A DNA stretch of 63,992 bases, counting the filler. It is 5 parts of 5 records of this genome, joined end to end, with 100 filler letters (N's around TTAATTAATTAA, not from the genome) between each part and the next. Parts side by side here need not be neighbours in the genome. Positions count along the whole stretch, not along the records: positions 9,863 to 20,721 come from DRR723986_8693; positions 20,822 to 50,232 come from DRR723986_8695; 3 more parts are not named here. The stretch is one strand, 5' to 3'. The stretch's first letter is position 1; the number at the start of each line of letters is the position of its first letter. The notes beneath the pieces were generated by a model, which was not told the DNA's origin, made no database searches, and saw nothing but the letters and a program-made list of their open reading frames with translations. The translations under genes and the position numbers were made by a program. Below are positions 12,029 to 22,620 of the stretch, in pieces.

Positions 12029-12655
12029 ATGGTGCGTATGCTGTGCCGCGCTGCTGTGGCAGTGCTTATGCTTCTGGGGCAGCCCAGCTGGGCCGAAGAT
12101 GTTCGGATTACCGCCGATATCGCGGCAAAACAGATTGTTGTGAATGGGCAAACCATCAACATCGGCCGTATCCGAGACAAGGCCAATATGCTGACGGGCG
12201 AATTCACCAAAACCTCGCGCGCGTGCCCACCGTTTTGCATTCACCCAATATCTGCGGGCGCCGGTGTGGAAACCCTGGGCGAGATCGAGGTGCTGGCGTT
12301 TTTGGAAAATAACGTGGCCCAAGGCACCGGGCTATTGATCGATAGCCGCGTGCCGGAATGGTTTGCCAAAGGCACCATTCCCGGTGCGGTCAACGTGCCT
12401 TTCACCACGCTCGAGCCCACAAACCCCTATCGCGACGAGATATTAAAGGCGCTTGGCGGGGTGAAAACCGCCAGCGGCTGGGATTTTGGCGCCGCATTGG
12501 ATCTGGCCATGTTTTGCAACGGCCCATGGTGCGATCAATCCCCCCGCGCCATTCGCAACCTAACCGAGGCGGGCTATCCACCTGAAAAACTGCGCTATTA
12601 TCGTGGCGGCATGCAGCTGTGGCTGCTGCTGGGCCTCAGCGTGCAAACCCCCTAA
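12029..12655 (+). CDS. Exported rhodanese-like (sulfurtransferase) domain protein
   Basis: Signal peptide ending SWA; LIDSR, GTIPGAVNVP, FCNGPWC active-site loop, YYRGGMQLW. Confidence 0.85.
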   Translation: MVRMLCRAAVAVLMLLGQPSWAEDVRITADIAAKQIVVNGQTINIGRIRDKANMLTGEFTKTSRACPPFCIHPISAGAGVETLGEIEVLAFLENNVAQGTGLLIDSRVPEWFAKGTIPGAVNVPFTTLEPTNPYRDEILKALGGVKTASGWDFGAALDLAMFCNGPWCDQSPRAIRNLTEAGYPPEKLRYYRGGMQLWLLLGLSVQTP

Positions 12656-12667
12656 GCGAGGCATCCC

Positions 12668-13525
12668 ATGATCCGTATCGCCCTTGCCGCTACTGCCTTT
12701 TTGGGCGCCACATTGGCGCTGATATTTCTGCTGCCAAAGGGCGGGCCAGGCCTGCCCGAAGACAGTGCCGTGACACGCACAGACAGCGTTTTCAGCCAGC
12801 CCAGCACTGCCCCCGCAGGCCCAAACCTGCCCGTGCCCACCAGCCAGGCCAGCCCCCTGCCCCGCCCAGCAACAGCCCCCCTTGCACCGCCCCAGCCACC
12901 CGTTTTGCTGACCGATAACAGCAGCTTGCGCGATATGACAAACGGTGTCTTGGGCGAGCTGGGCCTGCAGCCCCCACCGGCCGAGGCCCCGCAAATGCGC
13001 GATATGACGGCAAATGCGCTGGCCAATATTGGCCGCGTGCGCCCCGGCACAGCCCAGCCCCAACCCCAGCCTGAAAAGCTGCAAGCCCTGATCGCGCAGG
13101 CCCTGAAACAAGGGCAATCTGACAGCTATATCGATGCGCTGTTAAACGAGGCGGCCAGCCGGGGCGAGGTGGCCGTGCCAAAGGCGCTTGTCACCCCCGA
13201 AGGCCGGGTGGATACGGCCACGCTGCTGGCCAATATCGTAGCCAGCGCCACCGCCGCCACACAGGGCCAAACCCCGGTTGATCTGGCCAAAGGCCAGCCC
13301 GTAGGCGGCAAGGGGGTGGAAATTCGGATGGTCACGCAGGCCGATGGCACCAGTGTGCAATACCAGTTTTATACCGTGGGTGTGGGCGATAGTTTGGGTG
13401 CAATCGCGGTGAAATTTTACGGCGATGTGGCCAAGTTCAACACCATTTTCGAGGCCAACCGCACCATCCTATCCAGCCCCGACAAAATCCGCGTGGGCCA
13501 GCGGCTGGTGATCCCGCGCGCCTAA
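12668..13525 (+). CDS. Membrane-anchored LysM peptidoglycan-binding protein
   Basis: N-terminal TM, Pro-rich linker, C-terminal LysM YTVGVGDSLGAIAVKFYG..IFEAN..IRVGQRLVIP. Confidence 0.88.
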   Translation: MIRIALAATAFLGATLALIFLLPKGGPGLPEDSAVTRTDSVFSQPSTAPAGPNLPVPTSQASPLPRPATAPLAPPQPPVLLTDNSSLRDMTNGVLGELGLQPPPAEAPQMRDMTANALANIGRVRPGTAQPQPQPEKLQALIAQALKQGQSDSYIDALLNEAASRGEVAVPKALVTPEGRVDTATLLANIVASATAATQGQTPVDLAKGQPVGGKGVEIRMVTQADGTSVQYQFYTVGVGDSLGAIAVKFYGDVAKFNTIFEANRTILSSPDKIRVGQRLVIPRA

Positions 13526-14004
13526 CCCAACAGCCCGGTTTCACGCAGCAGGCCGCGGCGCTTGGCCTCGAAATAATAACCGCGCGCATACCACATCACC
13601 GCGCGGTCCATATCGCCATCCGATACCAGCCACGCCCCGCGCAGATAGCGCACCGCATAGGTCAGGTTGGTTTCGGCATCCAGCAGGTCGCTGGGCTGGC
13701 CTTGAAACCCCATGCTGCGCGCGGTGGCAGGCAAAATTTGCATCAAGCCGTAATAAGGCCCATTGCGGGCGCCGGGGCGGTGGGTGCTTTCACGCACGAC
13801 CACACGCTGCACCAGCTCGACCGGCACATCGTTGATCTGCGCGTGTTTCACGATCAGGGCGCGCAGCTGCGGCGTTTCATTGGGGTAAAGGGGCGTGTCT
13901 TGCGCCAGTGGCATGGCCGTGCCGGGCAGCTGCATACAGCCCCCCAGCGCCAGGGGCGAAAGCAGCGACAGCAAAAAGAAACGACGGCGAGATGTGGTAA
14001 ACAT
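13522..14004 (-). CDS. Lytic transglycosylase (SLT) domain lipoprotein
   Basis: SRRRFF twin-Arg-like leader with LGGC lipobox; RES catalytic Glu, GLMQI, NLTYAVRYL. Confidence 0.87.
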   Translation of the reverse strand: MFTTSRRRFFLLSLLSPLALGGCMQLPGTAMPLAQDTPLYPNETPQLRALIVKHAQINDVPVELVQRVVVRESTHRPGARNGPYYGLMQILPATARSMGFQGQPSDLLDAETNLTYAVRYLRGAWLVSDGDMDRAVMWYARGYYFEAKRRGLLRETGLLG

Positions 14005-14099
14005 GGCACTGCCCCCAAAGGTTGCACCGCGCTTTTGCCGCAGCACGCCCGCCCCGCCAAGGGGGCAGGCCCGCCATAGGCCAGTTGCCGCCGAAGCCC

Positions 14100-15062
14100 T
14101 TAGGCCGCCAGCCCCTTGGCCCCCATATCCAGGAATTTTTTGCGCCGGTCTGCCAATAGTTTGGTGCCCTTTTGGCTGCCCAAATCAGCCAGCATCGTGC
14201 GCAGCGCATCGCCCACGGTCTCGATCGTGGCGGTGCGGTCGCGATGGGCACCGCCCATCGGCTCGGCGATGATACGATCGATCACGCCCAGCTTGTGCAG
14301 ATCCTGCGCCGTCAGGCGCAGCGCCTCGGCCGCTTCGCGCATCTTTTCGGCATCTTTCCACAAGATCGAGGCGCAGCCCTCGGGGCTGATCACCGAATAG
14401 ACCGAATGTTCCAGCATCGCCACGCGATTGGCCGTGGCAAAGGCCACCGCACCGCCCGAGCCGCCCTCGCCAATGATCACGCTGATCAGCGGCACTGTCA
14501 GCTGCAAACATTTCTCGGTGGCGCGCGCGATCGCCTCGGATTGGCCCCGCTCTTCGGCGCCCTTGCCCGGATAGGCGCCGGGCGTATCCACCAAGGTCAC
14601 AACGGGCAGGCCAAATTTATCGGCCATATCCATCAAACGCACCGCTTTGCGGTAGCCTTCGGGGCGTGCCATGCCGAAATTACGCTCGATCCGCGTTTTC
14701 GTATCATTGCCCTTTTCATGGCCAATCACCACAACCGGGCGGCCATCGAAACGGGCCAAGCCCCCCATTACAGCGTGATCATCGGCAAAATTGCGATCAC
14801 CCGCCAGGGGGGTGTATTCGGTAAACAGCGCATCGATATAATCTTTGCAATGCGGCCGGTCTGGGTGGCGGGCCACCTGGCATTTGCGCCAAGGTGTGAG
14901 GGATTTATACAGATCCTTCAGCATGTCAGCGGCTTTTTTATCCAAAGCCGCCGCTTCGGCCTCGATATCCATTTCCTCGTTTTGGCGCGCCATCGCGCGC
15001 AGTTCCTCGGCCTTGCCTTCAATTTCGGCCAAGGGGCGTTCAAAATCGAGGTAGTTGGTCAT
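14100..15062 (-). CDS. accA: Acetyl-CoA carboxylase carboxyltransferase alpha subunit
   Basis: [45 protein letters not shown]. Confidence 0.97.
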   Translation of the reverse strand: MTNYLDFERPLAEIEGKAEELRAMARQNEEMDIEAEAAALDKKAADMLKDLYKSLTPWRKCQVARHPDRPHCKDYIDALFTEYTPLAGDRNFADDHAVMGGLARFDGRPVVVIGHEKGNDTKTRIERNFGMARPEGYRKAVRLMDMADKFGLPVVTLVDTPGAYPGKGAEERGQSEAIARATEKCLQLTVPLISVIIGEGGSGGAVAFATANRVAMLEHSVYSVISPEGCASILWKDAEKMREAAEALRLTAQDLHKLGVIDRIIAEPMGGAHRDRTATIETVGDALRTMLADLGSQKGTKLLADRRKKFLDMGAKGLAA

Positions 15063-15176
15063 ACCTGTCACTCCGGATGTTGTGGCGCCCTATATGGCGG
15101 CATCGGGGTGCAAATGCAACGGATGGCAACCTTTTGCGCCGGTTTTTGCCCAGCTTAGGCAGGCGGCACCGCGGGC

Positions 15177-15800
15177 CTAGGGGGCGGGCGCCAAAAGGCC
15201 GCGCAAGGCCGCTTGCGGCGCGGCCAGCACGGGCACACCCAGATCTGCCAGCATCGGTGCTGCCTCGGCCATGGAAACCTGCGCCAGGACGACCGCGGAA
15301 ACCGGGCTATCGCTATGCGCAACCCGCACAGCCGAGGCCACACAGGCGCGAAAGGCGGTTATTTCACCCGCCTCGAAAAGCGGCCAAAACGCGGTCAGAT
15401 CCAACGGGCGCAGCACCGCAGCGCGCCCTGTTTTCTGCAACGCGTCTTGCAGCAATTCCGCCGAAACCTGCCGCGTTGATGCCAAGGCATAGACCAGCAA
15501 AATGGTGCCGCCGATCGCTGCGGCCTGCGCCATCATCGGCCTATCAACGCGCAGCGCGCCCGCCGCCTCGGCCATGGGGCCAATGGTTGAGCAGGTGCAC
15601 ATAACCTGCCCGGCCTGGCGATGTGCAGCCACCGCCTGGGCGATATCAGCATGTAGCGCGCCATCGCCCTGCTGCGCGCGGGCCAGCCAGGCTGGGTGCA
15701 CCTCTTGGTGCAGCTCGGCATCCGGGGCCATTTGGCGCACAAGCGTGGCGAAATATTCAACATGCGCATCTGCGGTGTGAAGCAAGGTTAATCTGGTCAT
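15177..15800 (-). CDS. Asp/Glu/hydantoin racemase-like hypothetical protein
   Basis: LLHT..H start, CTCSTIG and VVLAQVSMA motifs typical of this group. Confidence 0.55.
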   Translation of the reverse strand: MTRLTLLHTADAHVEYFATLVRQMAPDAELHQEVHPAWLARAQQGDGALHADIAQAVAAHRQAGQVMCTCSTIGPMAEAAGALRVDRPMMAQAAAIGGTILLVYALASTRQVSAELLQDALQKTGRAAVLRPLDLTAFWPLFEAGEITAFRACVASAVRVAHSDSPVSAVVLAQVSMAEAAPMLADLGVPVLAAPQAALRGLLAPAP

Positions 15801-15801
15801 G

Positions 15802-16398
15802 TCACAGCCCATATACGACCGGCAAAAGCGAGGCCACCAGCAACACTGCCATGCTGTAGTTAAATAGAATCAGCCGCCTGTTGCTGGATAAGATGCGCCG
15901 CAATCGCAGGCCCAGAAATGTCCAGGCCATGACCGATGGCAAATTCACCACACCAAAACAGCCAGCCACCAACAGCACCGCCCAAAGGGCACGATCGGGG
16001 GCGTATAGGGTGATGGCGGTCAGCGCCATTTGCCAGCCCTTTGGGTTGACCCATTGAAAGGCGCAAGCCTGCAAAAAGCCAAATGGCCGGCCGCCGGCAC
16101 CCGTGGCATCGGGCATGGCCGCATGGGCAATTTTCCACGCAAGCCACAGCAAATAGGCAATGCCCGCCCATGTCAGCACATCATGCAGCCATGGCAGGGC
16201 CTGAAACGCCCCCATCAGCCCCACGCCAACCAGCGCCACCATCAGCGTAAAGCCCAAGACCACGCCCATCATATGGGGGATGGTGCGGCGAAAGCCAAAA
16301 TTCGCCCCCGAGGCCATTAACATCATGTTATTTGGCCCCGGCGTGACAGAGGACACCAGGGCAAACAGCGCCAGACCTGTTAGCAAATTTTGCTCCAT
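15802..16398 (-). CDS. LysE family amino-acid exporter
   Basis: TPGPNNMML..G..FGFRRT, YLLWLAWKIA, FQWVNPKGW. Confidence 0.9.
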   Translation of the reverse strand: MEQNLLTGLALFALVSSVTPGPNNMMLMASGANFGFRRTIPHMMGVVLGFTLMVALVGVGLMGAFQALPWLHDVLTWAGIAYLLWLAWKIAHAAMPDATGAGGRPFGFLQACAFQWVNPKGWQMALTAITLYAPDRALWAVLLVAGCFGVVNLPSVMAWTFLGLRLRRILSSNRRLILFNYSMAVLLVASLLPVVYGL

Positions 16399-16552
16399 CC
16401 CCACCCCCAAGCACCAGAATTTGCGCCAAAATCCGCACCAGACCTGCGCTGATCTGGCCGCAAATGCAACGCAGTATATCCACTGTGGGCGCCTGCCCCC
16501 TTGCGGTGCAATAGCCCCACCATTTAGGCTGCGCAAAAAGGAGAGACACGCC

Positions 16553-17350
16553 ATGCCACACCCGCTTGTGACCCAAGAGATGATCGAAACCTACCAAACC
16601 GATGGGGTGGTGGTGGTGCGCGGCCTGTTTGATGGCTGGGTCGATCAACTGCGCGCGGGCGTTGCGCGCAACATGGCCCAGCCCGGCCCCTATGCCTCGG
16701 AAAACCGTAAAGAGGGGGAAACGGGGCGGTTTTTTGATGATTACTGCAACTGGCAGCGCATCCCTGAATTTCAAGACGCAATCCAAAACAGCCCCGCAGG
16801 GCAGGTTGGGGCCGAATTGATGCGATCGCGCAGCGCGCAGCTGTTTCACGACCATGTGCTGGTCAAAGAGCCAGGCACATCTATGGCCACGCCATGGCAT
16901 TCCGACGGACCATATTATTTTGTCGAAGGCCAGCAAACCATCAGCTTTTGGGCACCGCTAGACCCGGTGCGCGAGGCCACTTTGCGCATGGTGCCCGGCT
17001 CGCACCGTTGGGAAAAGCCTGTGTTGCCCATGCGCTGGGTGCAAGACGAGGCGTATTTCCCCAATGTAGACGATTACATGCCCGTCCCCGACCCCGACGC
17101 CCAAGCCATGCCTGTGGTCGAATTTGAAATGGAGCCGGGCGATGCCGTGGCCTTTAATTACCACGTGCTGCATGGCTCGCGCGGGAATACATCGGCCAGC
17201 CGGCGCCGGGCGTTTTCGCTGCGTTTGGTGGGCGATGATGCGCGCTATGTTGCGCGCCCCGGCCGCACCTCGCCGCCCTTTCCCGGCCACGATATGCAGC
17301 CCGGCCAACGCCTGCGCGAAGATTGGTTTCCGGTGATCTGGCAGGGCTAG
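16553..17350 (+). CDS. Phytanoyl-CoA dioxygenase (PhyH) family Fe(II)/2-oxoglutarate oxygenase
   Basis: PWHSD (HxD), VPGSH, EPGDAVAF, HGS, RRAFS. Confidence 0.88.
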   Translation: MPHPLVTQEMIETYQTDGVVVVRGLFDGWVDQLRAGVARNMAQPGPYASENRKEGETGRFFDDYCNWQRIPEFQDAIQNSPAGQVGAELMRSRSAQLFHDHVLVKEPGTSMATPWHSDGPYYFVEGQQTISFWAPLDPVREATLRMVPGSHRWEKPVLPMRWVQDEAYFPNVDDYMPVPDPDAQAMPVVEFEMEPGDAVAFNYHVLHGSRGNTSASRRRAFSLRLVGDDARYVARPGRTSPPFPGHDMQPGQRLREDWFPVIWQG

Positions 17351-17356
17351 GCGCGC

Positions 17357-18025
17357 CTAGCCTGCCAGCGATTGGCCCAGCACCGCCTGCACGCCCTGCG
17401 CCCAAGCCCTATCTTGGGCCAAGGCGGCAACGGGGCTGGCTTGGGCCTGCAACGCGTTTTCATAGGCATCGGCCAGCCCAGTTTCGCCCACCACGATAAT
17501 TTGCTGGCCCAGCCACCACGGGCGTGCCACGGCCAGCTCGGCGCCCAAAAGTGCGGCGGCGGCCACATCGGGGCCGGCCCCATGCAGCAATGACAGCAGT
17601 TTTTCGGGGCGGCTTTGGGTTTGGCCCATCACCCCCTGATCGGGCAAGGCATCGGCGCCAAACCCCGCCAGCAGCTGCGGCGTAACAGTGACAAGCGCGC
17701 TGATCATTTCGCCTGCGCTGATATGCAGCCAATAGGCGCGGTTGGGCTGCAGGCACAGCACAATACCATCCCAATTCGCCCGCCCCAACACAGCACCCGC
17801 CGCCAGCACCTGCAGCCATGGCGCCACGGCCCCCACAGGCCCCTGCAGCGCCCCCCGCAACAGATGTTGTGGAAAGGGCTGGCTGGGTAGATCATCGTGC
17901 ATAGAGATATCGGGCAGGCCGCCCGGCGGCAGGGCAAGCTGCACAGGCAGGCCCCCATCAGGGCCCGCCTGCCAAATTTCACGCCCCCCGGGCGTGTCGA
18001 TCGAAACTGTTTTTGGCGCGCGCAT
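17357..18025 (-). CDS. Degenerate 2-keto-3-deoxygalactonate kinase (DgoK)-like protein
   Basis: WDGIVLC..WLHISAGE and LLGAELAVARPWWLGQ resemble Rhodobacteraceae DgoK, but the protein is short and lacks the usual conserved motifs. Confidence 0.55.
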   Translation of the reverse strand: MRAPKTVSIDTPGGREIWQAGPDGGLPVQLALPPGGLPDISMHDDLPSQPFPQHLLRGALQGPVGAVAPWLQVLAAGAVLGRANWDGIVLCLQPNRAYWLHISAGEMISALVTVTPQLLAGFGADALPDQGVMGQTQSRPEKLLSLLHGAGPDVAAAALLGAELAVARPWWLGQQIIVVGETGLADAYENALQAQASPVAALAQDRAWAQGVQAVLGQSLAG

Positions 18026-18058
18026 GGGGGGCGGTTTAATGCGCCGCGCGGGCCCTGT

Positions 18059-19813
18059 CTAGCTGGCGCCGTTTATCTGAGGGCTGGTAGACAGGCTGCG
18101 CATGGCGTCATATTGCGACAAAAACACCTGACCCGAAAGCGCATCAAGAAAATGGCTGCGCTTCAGGCGATCCATAACCGGGCCCTTTACCTCGGACAGG
18201 TGCAAGCTGATGCCCAGATCCTGCAAGCGGGTGTTGATGGCCTCTAGGCTTTCCAAGGCGCTCATGTCGATTTCATTCACCGCCGAGCACATCAAGATCA
18301 CATGGCGAATGGGCTCGTCGCAGGCGATACGATTATAGACATAATCCTCTAGAAACCGGGCATTGGCGAAATACAGGCTTTCATCGATCCGCAAAGATAC
18401 AATAAACGGGTCTGTCAGCACCTCGTGGCGCAAAATGTTGCGGAAATGCTGGGTGCCGGGCACCAGCCCCACCTCGGCCACATGCGGGCGCGAGGTTTTG
18501 TATAAAAACAGCCCCACCGACAGCACAACACCGGCCGAAACCCCCATTTCCACCCCGACCCCCAAGGTCAGCACAATGGTGGCGGCAACGGCGGCAAAAT
18601 CTACCACCGAATAGCCCCAAGCGCGCTTGAGGATCGAAAAATCAACCAGGCTTAGCACCGCCACAATAATGGTGGCCGCCAGCGTGGCCTTGGGCAGGAA
18701 ATACAAAAGCGGCGTCAGCAGCAAAGCGGCCAGCAAAATGCCGATGGCGGTAAAGGCGCCCGCCGCGGGCGTTTCTGCCCCGGCATCAAAATTCACGACC
18801 GAGCGCGCAAACCCCCCCGTTACCGGGTAGCCACCCGTCATCGCCGCCGCGATATTCGAGGTGCCAAGCCCCACCAATTCCTGGTCGGGTATGATGCGCT
18901 GGCGCTTTTTCGCTGCCAGCGTTTGCGCCACCGAAACCGATTCCACGAAACCGATGATCGAAATCAGCACCGCCGACATAAATAACTGGCCCCATAATTC
19001 AGGGTTCAGCGAGGGGGCGGTCAGCGGCGGCAGGCCCATCGGCACCTCGCCCACAATCGCCACGCCTTTGTTTTCCAAATCGAAAATCCACACCGCCAGC
19101 GTGGTTACAGCCACCGCGCCAACCGGCCCTGCCTTGGCCAAAATATCCGCCAATCGCGGCTTTAGCCCCAGGCCCAGCAGCAAGGGTTTCAGCCCCTTGC
19201 GCACCCAGAACAAAAACGCCACCGTGCTTAGGCCGATAAACAGCGTGATCGGGTTTGTCAGATGCTGGCTGGCCATCAATGACGAGATGATCTCTGGCAG
19301 GGCATGCCCATGGGCTGAGATGCCAAAGATATGTTTCAACTGGCTGGTGGCAATCAGCACGCCCGATGCGGTGATAAACCCCGCAATCACCGGGTGCGAC
19401 AGGAAATTTGCCAAAAACCCCAGGCGCAACACCCCCATCAGCGTTAGCATGACACCGGAAATAAAGGCCAAGGTAATGGCTGCAGCGGCATATTCAGCCG
19501 GGCTTTGCAGCCCCAGATTGCCCACAGCTGCCGCAGTCATCAGCGACACCACCGCCACCGGCCCCACCGCCAGCGCGCGGCTGGTGCCGAAAATCGCATA
19601 GGCCACCAATGGCAAGATCGAGGCGTAAAGCCCCATCTCGGGCGGCAGGCCCGCCAATAGCGCATAGGCCAGCGATTGCGGGATCAGCATGATCGTCACA
19701 ATCACAGCCGCCACGACATCGCTGGTCAGCGTGTCGCGGTCATAGCTGCGTGCCCATGTCAAAATCGGCAAATGCCGCTCAAAGGCGGCGCGGGACAGGC
19801 GGGGCAATTTCAT
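18059..19813 (-). CDS. SulP family anion permease with STAS domain
   Basis: IPQSLAYALLAGLPP..GLY, GTSR.LAVGP, GGFARSVVN, C-terminal STAS (LYFANA..IDMSALE). Confidence 0.95.
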   Translation of the reverse strand: MKLPRLSRAAFERHLPILTWARSYDRDTLTSDVVAAVIVTIMLIPQSLAYALLAGLPPEMGLYASILPLVAYAIFGTSRALAVGPVAVVSLMTAAAVGNLGLQSPAEYAAAAITLAFISGVMLTLMGVLRLGFLANFLSHPVIAGFITASGVLIATSQLKHIFGISAHGHALPEIISSLMASQHLTNPITLFIGLSTVAFLFWVRKGLKPLLLGLGLKPRLADILAKAGPVGAVAVTTLAVWIFDLENKGVAIVGEVPMGLPPLTAPSLNPELWGQLFMSAVLISIIGFVESVSVAQTLAAKKRQRIIPDQELVGLGTSNIAAAMTGGYPVTGGFARSVVNFDAGAETPAAGAFTAIGILLAALLLTPLLYFLPKATLAATIIVAVLSLVDFSILKRAWGYSVVDFAAVAATIVLTLGVGVEMGVSAGVVLSVGLFLYKTSRPHVAEVGLVPGTQHFRNILRHEVLTDPFIVSLRIDESLYFANARFLEDYVYNRIACDEPIRHVILMCSAVNEIDMSALESLEAINTRLQDLGISLHLSEVKGPVMDRLKRSHFLDALSGQVFLSQYDAMRSLSTSPQINGAS

Positions 19814-19845
19814 CGGCGTTTCCTGTGGTGCGGTTGGCCCCTATA

Positions 19846-19863
19846 TATTCAATTTACAGAATA
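19846..19863. promoter_or_regulatory. Candidate SqrR/BigR-type operator upstream of sulP
   Basis: TATTC-AATTTACA-GAATA, i.e. an ATTC-N8-GAAT palindrome in an AT-rich patch about 35-50 bp upstream of the sulP start. Confidence 0.6.
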
Positions 19864-19921
19864 GGTAAAGCCCATTTCCCAAATCCGTCAGGCGGGGCAT
19901 GGGCGGGGGCCGGGGCAATTT

Positions 19922-19955
19922 AAAAACCCCGCCACGGGGCTGGTCCGTGGCGGGG
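19922..19955 (-). terminator. Intrinsic terminator after sqr
   Basis: 11-bp stem CCCCGCCACGG / CCGTGGCGGGG followed by a T-run on the minus strand. Confidence 0.75.
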
Positions 19956-19965
19956 CGGTTTGGGT

Positions 19966-20721
19966 TTAGCTGGCGCTTACCTTTTGGGGCTTGGCCAGCC
20001 ATTCTTTGCCACGCAGCATGGCGCGCCAGTAAACCGGGGGCAGAATTTGTTCTTTCAGCATCCACGCCGCCCGCGAGGGTTTGGTGCCATCAATCACCCA
20101 TTTTGGGAAACTGGGCAGCAAGGCCCCGCCATAGCCAAACTCGGCCAAAACGATCTTGCCCCGCTCGACCGTCAAGGGGCACGAGCCATAGCCGTTATAT
20201 TGCGCCGCGGGCGAATGCCCGTCGATATCAGCGCATAGGTTTTCGGCAACCACTGGCGCCTGCATCCGCGCCGCAGCAGCGGTTTTGGCGTTGGGTGCAT
20301 TCATCACATCGCCCAAAGACCAGATGTTATCATAGGTCTTGTGGCGCAGGCTGGCTTGGTCAACGTCAACCCAGCCGGCAGCATCGGCCAATGGCGACAC
20401 GCGAATGAAATCTGGGGCCACTTGCGGCGGGCAGACATGCATCATGTCAAATTCCACCTGCACACGGGTTTTTTCGGTGTCGGGCTTTGCCACCTCGAAT
20501 GTGGCGGTTTTGCTGGCCCCATCCACCGCCACCAGATTGTGGAAGAAATCCAAACTGGCGCCGTATTTCTGCACATAGCTTTCCAGCGCAGGCACGTAAT
20601 CTTTCACGCCAAACAGCACACCACCGGCATTCATGAAATGGATATCGATGTTTTTCAGCCGGCCCTGTTGTAGCCAATGATCGGCCGACAAATACATGGC
20701 CTTTTGCGGCGCACCGGCGCA
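19966..20721 (-). CDS. sqr: Type II sulfide:quinone oxidoreductase, C-terminal part (5' truncated)
   Basis: CAGAPQKAMY at the contig edge, LGDV..PNAKTAAA, YNGYGSCPL (second catalytic Cys), LAEFGY. Confidence 0.85.
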   Translation of the reverse strand, partial: CAGAPQKAMYLSADHWLQQGRLKNIDIHFMNAGGVLFGVKDYVPALESYVQKYGASLDFFHNLVAVDGASKTATFEVAKPDTEKTRVQVEFDMMHVCPPQVAPDFIRVSPLADAAGWVDVDQASLRHKTYDNIWSLGDVMNAPNAKTAAAARMQAPVVAENLCADIDGHSPAAQYNGYGSCPLTVERGKIVLAEFGYGGALLPSFPKWVIDGTKPSRAAWMLKEQILPPVYWRAMLRGKEWLAKPQKVSAS

Positions 20722-20821
20722 NNNNNNNNNNNNNNNNNNNNNNNNNNNNNNNNNNNNNNNNNNNNTTAATTAATTAANNNNNNNNNNNNNNNNNNNNNNN
20801 NNNNNNNNNNNNNNNNNNNNN
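20722..20821. other. Artificial contig spacer
   Basis: N44-TTAATTAATTAA-N44. Confidence 0.99.
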
Positions 20822-20822
20822 C

Positions 20823-22307
<1,485 letters not shown>

Positions 22308-22320
22308 GCCTTTGTAGGTG

Positions 22321-22415
22321 TGCGCATAACTTTGCACACCATGCACTGATTTTAAAGGGAAAAATCCTAAATTCTTGACCATAAGATTGCACGGCGTTTG
22401 CGCATAACTTTGCAC
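22321..22415. repeat. 17-bp perfect direct repeat TGCGCATAACTTTGCAC (22321-22337, 22399-22415)
   Basis: Read directly; a partial third copy ATAAGATTGCAC lies at 22381-22392. Confidence 0.85.
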
Positions 22416-22620
22416 GATTTGCCCATAGCACTGCGGATAGCTTTAGGTGAAAGTCAGTTTCGAGATCAAAATGACAGGCCCGTACGCGTTTTGAACGGCC
22501 GGGCCGTCATGTAGGCGCAGGATTTGTCCCGCTCGTTATTTTACTATTTGTACATGAGGGACTAAAAGCAGCAAACCGTCTGGCAAGTGACGTCGATCAA
22601 ACCATCATGAAGGCGTCCCC

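Noticed and set aside
14172-15158. Long antisense ORFs (also 27593-28588, 41651-42706, 49171-50280, 52805-53752, 62462-63631)
   Set aside because: Shadow frames opposite well-supported genes in GC-rich DNA, with no recognisable motifs.
22319-22346. GTGCGCATAA resembles the XerC arm of the E. coli dif site
   Set aside because: No XerD arm (TTATGTTAAAT-like) 6 bp downstream in either copy, so it is not called as dif.
22321-22415. Repeat-spacer-repeat as a mini CRISPR
   Set aside because: Only two 17-bp repeats with a 61-bp spacer and no cas genes in the window.
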